Source of the DNA: an uncultured Actinomycetes bacterium
Lineage (GTDB): Bacteria > Actinomycetota > Thermoleophilia > Solirubrobacterales > 70-9
Direction: 5' to 3'
Assembly (NCBI GenBank): GCA_963823245.1
Contig: CAWGKQ010000012.1
Span: forward strand, 61,233-125,232
DNA: 64,000 nucleotides
The position numbers and the translations under genes are program-made. Each line of letters starts with the position of its first letter. The stretch's first letter is position 1. The notes below the pieces were generated by a model that ran no database searches, was not told the origin of the DNA, and saw only the letters and a program-made list of their open reading frames with translations. Positions 59,516-64,000 of this stretch are shown here, one piece after another.

Positions 59516-60233
59516 TTGCCACGAGCGCGATGGCCAGCGCCGGCAGTGCCACCGACAGCGCTCGCAGCGTGCCCAGCGCCCGCAGCGCGCCGTCGAGGGG
59601 CGACGCGAGCCGTGCCGCGTCGAGCTCAACCACCGACCCGTCGGCGAGCCGCTGCTCGCCGCGGACGGACGTCGTTCGCCGGCGGAGCTCGCGTACCGGC
59701 GTCGAGAGGCGCCGCTGGGCGACGCTGAGCCAGAAGCAGGCGCCCACCACGGCCGCGCCCGCCACAGCCTCGCCGGCGGTGTGCACCCCGAGCGCGTTCG
59801 ACCACCAGCCCACGAGCGCCGGGAACGCCCCCCACGCGGCCGCGAACCAGAAGTCGGTGTGGAACCGGCCGCCGGCGAGCTCGAGGTTGTACGCCGGGAC
59901 GAGGAAGGCGCCGAGCGCCACCAGCGGCAGGAGCGACGCCGAGACGACGAAGCAGCCCGCGACGCCGATCCCCACGGCGCCGCCGAGCCCCATGACCGCG
60001 ATGGCTACGAGCGCCCGGTCGCTCAGGGCGGTTCCCAGAGGGCGGCCGTGAAGCTCGTCGAGCGCGTGCGCGCTCAACCCCACCGCCAGGAAGAAGGCCG
60101 CGAGCGCCGCCACGAGCCGGTCCGCGTGGATCTCCGGCGCCGCCGCCGCGCCGAGCGCCACGTAGCTCAGGTGCCAGAGCGTGTAGGGCGGGTGGAGGAT
60201 CGTGGCAATGTCGCGCCAGCCCCCGGGGCGCAG
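59505..60233 (-). CDS. Polytopic membrane protein (start uncertain; conserved-looking sequence extends upstream of the first canonical start)
   Basis: The listed ORF starts at GTG 60161. The same frame reads FYALRPGGWRDIATILHPPYTLWHLSY right back to the TGA of the upstream methyltransferase. A CTG at 60233 is the only start-like codon. Confidence 0.5.
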   Translation of the reverse strand: MRPGGWRDIATILHPPYTLWHLSYVALGAAAAPEIHADRLVAALAAFFLAVGLSAHALDELHGRPLGTALSDRALVAIAVMGLGGAVGIGVAGCFVVSASLLPLVALGAFLVPAYNLELAGGRFHTDFWFAAAWGAFPALVGWWSNALGVHTAGEAVAGAAVVGACFWLSVAQRRLSTPVRELRRRTTSVRGEQRLADGSVVELDAARLASPLDGALRALGTLRALSVALPALAIALVAIRL

Positions 60234-60275
60234 CGCGTAGAAGGCGGGCCCCCGAGCCGCTCGCTCGGGGGCGCC

Positions 60276-61013
60276 TCAGCCGCCATCGCGCGTGCCCCAG
60301 ATCACGACTCCGCCGCCGACGCTCATCCGCCGCACGCGGACCTCGCGGAGGCCAGCCTCACGCCAGAGCTCGAGCTGGCGCTCGAGGGGCCAGCTCCCGT
60401 ACAGCCCCTCGATGCTCGGGCCGAGAAAGCGGCCCACGCGCCACCACTCGCGGCCCCCGAGCGCGAACCCGGCGGCCGGCAGCAGCGCTCGCGTGTAGAG
60501 GCGCCAGAGCGGGCGCCAGAGCGGCGGGTCGGGAAGACCGAACTCCAGCGAGGCGACGCGCCCGCCGGGCCTCACCACCCGCGCCAGCTCGGCCAGCGTC
60601 GCCGCTGGGTCCTCGACGTAGCGAAGCAGATAGGTGAAGGTCAGATGGTCGAACTCGCCGTCACCGAACGGCAGCGACTCCGCCTCACCGCGAACCAGCT
60701 CGACGCGCGCGGCAAGCGCCGCGTCGCGCTCGATCCGCCGCCGTGCCCCGGCGAGCATGTCGGCGCTCTGGTCGAGGCCGACGACGCGGCAGCCGTAGCG
60801 CCGCACGAGCTCACGCGCGACGAGCCCGGTGCCGGTGGCGACGTCGAGGACCCGGCCGTCGGCGGTGGCGCCGACCGCCGCCACCATCGCCCGCCGCCAG
60901 CGCGGGTCCTGGCCGAAGCTGAGGAGCGCGCCCAGGGCGTCGTAACGGGCCGGAAGCCCGGAGAAGAGGTCGAGGGCGTGTTGCTTGCGCGTGCTGGTCG
61001 AGGTCGCGGCTAT
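60276..61013 (-). CDS. Class I SAM-dependent methyltransferase (UbiE/MenG-like), apparent ATA start
   Basis: VLDVATGTG motif I, with LSFGQDPRWRR upstream. The conserved N-terminal YDALGALLSFGQDPRWRR precedes the first ATG (60887). The in-frame ATA at 61011-61013 lies 10 nt after the previous stop, with GAGGA upstream. Confidence 0.7.
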   Translation of the reverse strand: MAATSTSTRKQHALDLFSGLPARYDALGALLSFGQDPRWRRAMVAAVGATADGRVLDVATGTGLVARELVRRYGCRVVGLDQSADMLAGARRRIERDAALAARVELVRGEAESLPFGDGEFDHLTFTYLLRYVEDPAATLAELARVVRPGGRVASLEFGLPDPPLWRPLWRLYTRALLPAAGFALGGREWWRVGRFLGPSIEGLYGSWPLERQLELWREAGLREVRVRRMSVGGGVVIWGTRDGG

Positions 61014-61023
61014 GGCGCCGAGC

Positions 61024-61506
61024 CTAGTCCTCGCTCGCCGGCGGCTGGGGCGCGTCGGCGCCGACGGTCTCGGCTACCGTCTGGATCGCGGTGCGCTCGG
61101 CGTCGCTCACTCGCTCACCCGACATGCCCATGAAGCCCTCGCGGTGCGCCTCGGCGACCCGCTCGGCGAGGCCGACGATGAAGCGTCCGTACTCGGAGAC
61201 CTCACCCGGGTCGGCCTTGCTGCGAAGGAGCGCGACCGCGTGCTGCACGTTCTCCAGGAGGTGCGCCTCCATCTGCTCGACCGATGGCATCCGCGTCTTG
61301 TCGACCTCGGGCTTGGTCGAGACGATCTCGTCGATCAGCTGGCTGCCGCCGGGCTGCTGCTTCGCCTTGGCGTAAGCCTTGGCCATCGAGAAGCTCTCGC
61401 GGATTGATCCGCCCTTCTGCGAGAAGGCGACGTACATCCCTGCGCTCGGCGGGCCCTGGAGGATCGTCGTCCACTCATCGTCGGTGAAATCGGTCTTGGC
61501 CGTCAT
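61024..61506 (-). CDS. Hypothetical protein (160 aa)
   Basis: ATG 61506 follows AAAGGAG. The sequence is sensible (MTAKTDFTDDEWTTILQGPPSAGMYVAF...). The rest of listed ORF 61024..61974 is Arg/Gly junk. Confidence 0.6.
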   Translation of the reverse strand: MTAKTDFTDDEWTTILQGPPSAGMYVAFSQKGGSIRESFSMAKAYAKAKQQPGGSQLIDEIVSTKPEVDKTRMPSVEQMEAHLLENVQHAVALLRSKADPGEVSEYGRFIVGLAERVAEAHREGFMGMSGERVSDAERTAIQTVAETVGADAPQPPASED

Positions 61507-61569
61507 TCGCGTCTCCTTTTGGGGGTTGGTGCGAGCGAACCTTACGGTCCCTACCCTCCCGCCCTCCTC

Positions 61570-62322
61570 GTGACCCCACTCGACGCGCTCGCCATCCTCG
61601 TCGCCGGGGTCGCCGCCGGCACCATCAACACGATCGTCGGCAGCGGCACCCTGATCACCTTTCCGGTGCTGATCTCGCTCGGCTGGGCGCCGGTGACGGC
61701 GAACGTGTCCAACAACATCGGCCTCGTTCCGGGGGCGCTCACGGGGACGATCGGCTACCGGCGCGAGCTCTCTGGACAGCGTTCGCGGGCGAGGAGCCTG
61801 GCGCCGTTCTCGGCCCTGGGCGCGGCCGCGGGGGCGGCGCTCCTGCTGGTGCTGCCGGCCTCGGCCTTCGAGGCGATCGTGCCCGCCTTCATCGCGATCG
61901 CGATCGTGCTCGTCGCCCTGCAGCCGCGGATCGACCGCGCCCTCGCGCACCGCCGGCGCACCGGCGCGGAGCACGGGGCGAGCCTGCGGGCCGCCACCGG
62001 CGTCACCGGCGTCTACGGCGGCTACTTCGGGGCGGCCCAGGGGATCCTGCTGATGGCGCTCTTCGGCGTCGCGCTCCCTCAGGACCTCCAGCGCTCAAAC
62101 GCACTCAAGAACCTGTTGTCGACGATCGTGAACCTCGTCGCCGGAATCGTGTTCGTCTTCGCCGCGCACGTCGACTGGGCGGTGGTGGCCCTGATCGCGG
62201 CCGGCTCGATCGTCGGCGGCTACCTCGGCGCGCGCTACGGCCGCCGGCTCTCGCAGCCGCGGCTCCGCGCGCTGATCGTGGTCGTCGGCCTGGCTGCGAT
62301 CGCGCGCCTGCTCATCGGGTAA
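61570..62322 (+). CDS. TauE/SafE-family anion exporter (second copy)
   Basis: AGTINTIVGSGTLITFP and a second-half GVYGGYFGAAQGILL motif. GTG 61570 is preferred over TTG 61519, which overlaps the neighbour's RBS. Confidence 0.75.
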   Translation: MTPLDALAILVAGVAAGTINTIVGSGTLITFPVLISLGWAPVTANVSNNIGLVPGALTGTIGYRRELSGQRSRARSLAPFSALGAAAGAALLLVLPASAFEAIVPAFIAIAIVLVALQPRIDRALAHRRRTGAEHGASLRAATGVTGVYGGYFGAAQGILLMALFGVALPQDLQRSNALKNLLSTIVNLVAGIVFVFAAHVDWAVVALIAAGSIVGGYLGARYGRRLSQPRLRALIVVVGLAAIARLLIG

Positions 62323-62381
62323 TAACGGGCTAGCTGCGAGAATGCGCGTGACAAGAAGAACTTGACGTAGAGGAGAGGCCG

Positions 62382-63779
62382 ATGGCGACCAAAGAGAAGA
62401 CGCAGGCCCAGGACGGCAACGTCGCGACAGCCGACGCCGACACGCTGACCGTCACCGACAACCGCACGGGCGAGATCTACGAGATGGAGATCGCGGACGG
62501 CACCGTCCGCGCGATGGACTTCCGCCAGATCAAGGTCTCCGACGACGACTTCGGCCTCATGACCTACGACCCGGCGTTCACCAACACGGCGTCGTGCCGC
62601 TCGGCGATCACGTTCATCGACGGCGAGAAGGGGATCCTCCAGCACCGCGGCATCCCGATCGAGCAACTGTGCGAGCGCTCGACCTACCTCGAGGTCGCCT
62701 ACCTGCTGATCTTCGGCGAGCTGCCGACCCAGCCGCAGCTCGAGCGCTGGGTCTTCGACGTCACCCACCACACCTTCGTCCACGAGGACATCAAGAACCT
62801 CTTCGAGACCTTCCGCTACGACGCGCATCCGATGGGGATGCTGCTCTCCGGCGTCGGCGCCCTCTCGACCTTTTACCCGGACGCGAAGCGCATCGACGAC
62901 CCCGAGGAGCGCTACATGGCGGCGATCCGGCTGATCGCCAAGGTCCCGACGCTGGCCGCCTTCGCCTACCGCCACAACATGGGCCTCCCCTACGTCTACC
63001 CCGACAACGAGCTCGACTACGCCGGCAACTTCAAGTCGATGCTGTTCAAGAAGACCGAGATGCGCTACGAGCCCGACCCCCGGCTCACCAAGGCCCTCGA
63101 CGTCCTCTTCATCCTCCACGCCGACCATGAGCAGAACTGCTCGACGAACGCCGTGCGCAGCGTCGGCTCCTCGCAGGTCGACCCCTACTCCGCGGTCGCC
63201 GCCGGCGTCGCCGCGCTCTACGGCCCGCTCCACGGCGGCGCCAACGAGGCGGTGCTGCGGATGCTGCGGCGGATCGAGTCGGTCGACAACATCCCCGACT
63301 TCCTCTCGAAGGTGAAGGAGCGCGAGGAGAAGCTCATGGGCTTCGGCCACCGCGTCTACAAGAACTACGACCCCCGCGCGCGGATCATCCAGAAGCACAT
63401 GGACGACGTCTTCGAGGCGACGGAGTACAACCCGCTCGTCGAGATCGCCCGCGAGCTCGAGAAGCACGCCCTCGACGACGAGTACTTCACCGACCGCAAG
63501 CTCTACCCGAACGTCGACTACTACTCGGGGATCATCTACGAGGCGCTGCAGATCCCGACCGACATGTTCACGGTCATCTTCGCCATTCCGCGCACCTCCG
63601 GCTGGGTGGCGCAGTGGATGGAGCTGAACGACGATTCCGAGCAAAAGATCGCCCGACCGCGCCAGATCTACACGGGCTACCGCGACCGCGACTACGTCCA
63701 GGTCGCCGACCGCGTGGGCCCGGAGAAGATCACGGGCCCGCCCGCGCGCCGGCCGAAGCGCCAGCGCCGCGGGGCTTAG
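62382..63779 (+). CDS. gltA: Citrate synthase (type II, GltA)
   Basis: ATG follows GAGGAGAGG. HADHEQNCSTN, GPLHGGANE and GFGHRVYKNYDPRA are present. Confidence 0.9.
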   Translation: MATKEKTQAQDGNVATADADTLTVTDNRTGEIYEMEIADGTVRAMDFRQIKVSDDDFGLMTYDPAFTNTASCRSAITFIDGEKGILQHRGIPIEQLCERSTYLEVAYLLIFGELPTQPQLERWVFDVTHHTFVHEDIKNLFETFRYDAHPMGMLLSGVGALSTFYPDAKRIDDPEERYMAAIRLIAKVPTLAAFAYRHNMGLPYVYPDNELDYAGNFKSMLFKKTEMRYEPDPRLTKALDVLFILHADHEQNCSTNAVRSVGSSQVDPYSAVAAGVAALYGPLHGGANEAVLRMLRRIESVDNIPDFLSKVKEREEKLMGFGHRVYKNYDPRARIIQKHMDDVFEATEYNPLVEIARELEKHALDDEYFTDRKLYPNVDYYSGIIYEALQIPTDMFTVIFAIPRTSGWVAQWMELNDDSEQKIARPRQIYTGYRDRDYVQVADRVGPEKITGPPARRPKRQRRGA

Positions 63780-63844
63780 GTCGTCCCGGTGAACGAAACC
63801 TCACGGACTTTCGACCCGCGCGGAACCCTCTGGTCGCCGGCCGG

Positions 63845-64000
63845 GTCGAGCTCAACACGGTGACGTTCGAGGGCCTGAGGGAGCTCGGGCTATCCGTCAC
63901 GCAGGCGACGCGATTGATCGGGCGGCGCGACGCCTGGGGAGGCTTCTCATCCCCGGCTGACATCAACTCGATACCAGGGTTTCCCGCGGCCCAGAGGCGC
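63845..64000 (+). CDS. Partial helix-hairpin-helix (ComEA-like) protein, 3' end outside window, start undefined
   Basis: The frame reads VELNTVTFEGLRELGLSVTQATRLIGRRDAWGGFSSPADINSIPGFPAAQ, matching the ComEA HhH pattern (LN.A....L..L.GI....A..I...R...G.F.S..DL..V.G). Confidence 0.35.

Noticed and set aside
61507-61569. A tightly abutting divergent pair at 61506/61519, like the other leaderless pairs.
   Set aside because: The TTG at 61519 overlaps the neighbour's Shine-Dalgarno sequence. The TauE-like sequence only becomes sensible from GTG 61570, which leaves an ordinary 63-nt spacer.

Overview
The window is 64 kb of high-GC (roughly 70%) bacterial chromosome. Gene content, GC3-biased codons and many GTG/TTG starts look Actinomycetota-like, but I cannot assign a taxon without a search. 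I support about 70 protein-coding loci and two tRNA-Ser genes. I saw no rRNA, CRISPR array, prophage or intact mobile element.

Content is mostly housekeeping or accessory metabolism:
- Lipid genes: WS/DGAT, acyl-CoA desaturase, PlsC, patatin, ACAD.
- Propionate/methylmalonyl genes: acyl-CoA mutase large subunit, PccB, a possible epsilon subunit.
- A sulfate-assimilation operon, sir-cysH-sat-cysC.
- An envelope-glycan cluster: ECF sigma, UDP-xylose synthase, two GT4 genes.
- Signalling proteins: a class III cyclase-ATPase-TPR giant, a LAL-type LuxR regulator, an OmpR/HK pair, and degenerate c-di-GMP domains.
- Citrate synthase.

The most striking property is that many otherwise well-conserved genes are broken by single-base indels. 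There is also one in-frame TGA and two apparent internal deletions. The breaks are clustered. By hand I count about 22 in 26.6-32.9 kb (ornithine cyclodeaminase plus the whole sulfate operon), while about 20 long genes elsewhere are intact. I cannot tell genuine pseudogenisation from local assembly error using the sequence alone.

Other points worth a second look:
- A split ACAD10/11-like gene set (ACAD, APH-type kinase, HAD) around the LAL regulator.
- Divergent gene pairs whose start codons overlap or lie 21-31 nt apart, which implies leaderless transcription.
- Several genes with no canonical start codon.
- A methyltransferase and a membrane protein separated only by an in-frame TGA.

All functional calls come from motif recognition by eye. 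Frameshift positions are good to about +/-5 nt. The many long Arg/Pro/Gly-rich ORFs in the six-frame track that overlap these genes are treated as GC-driven artefacts.
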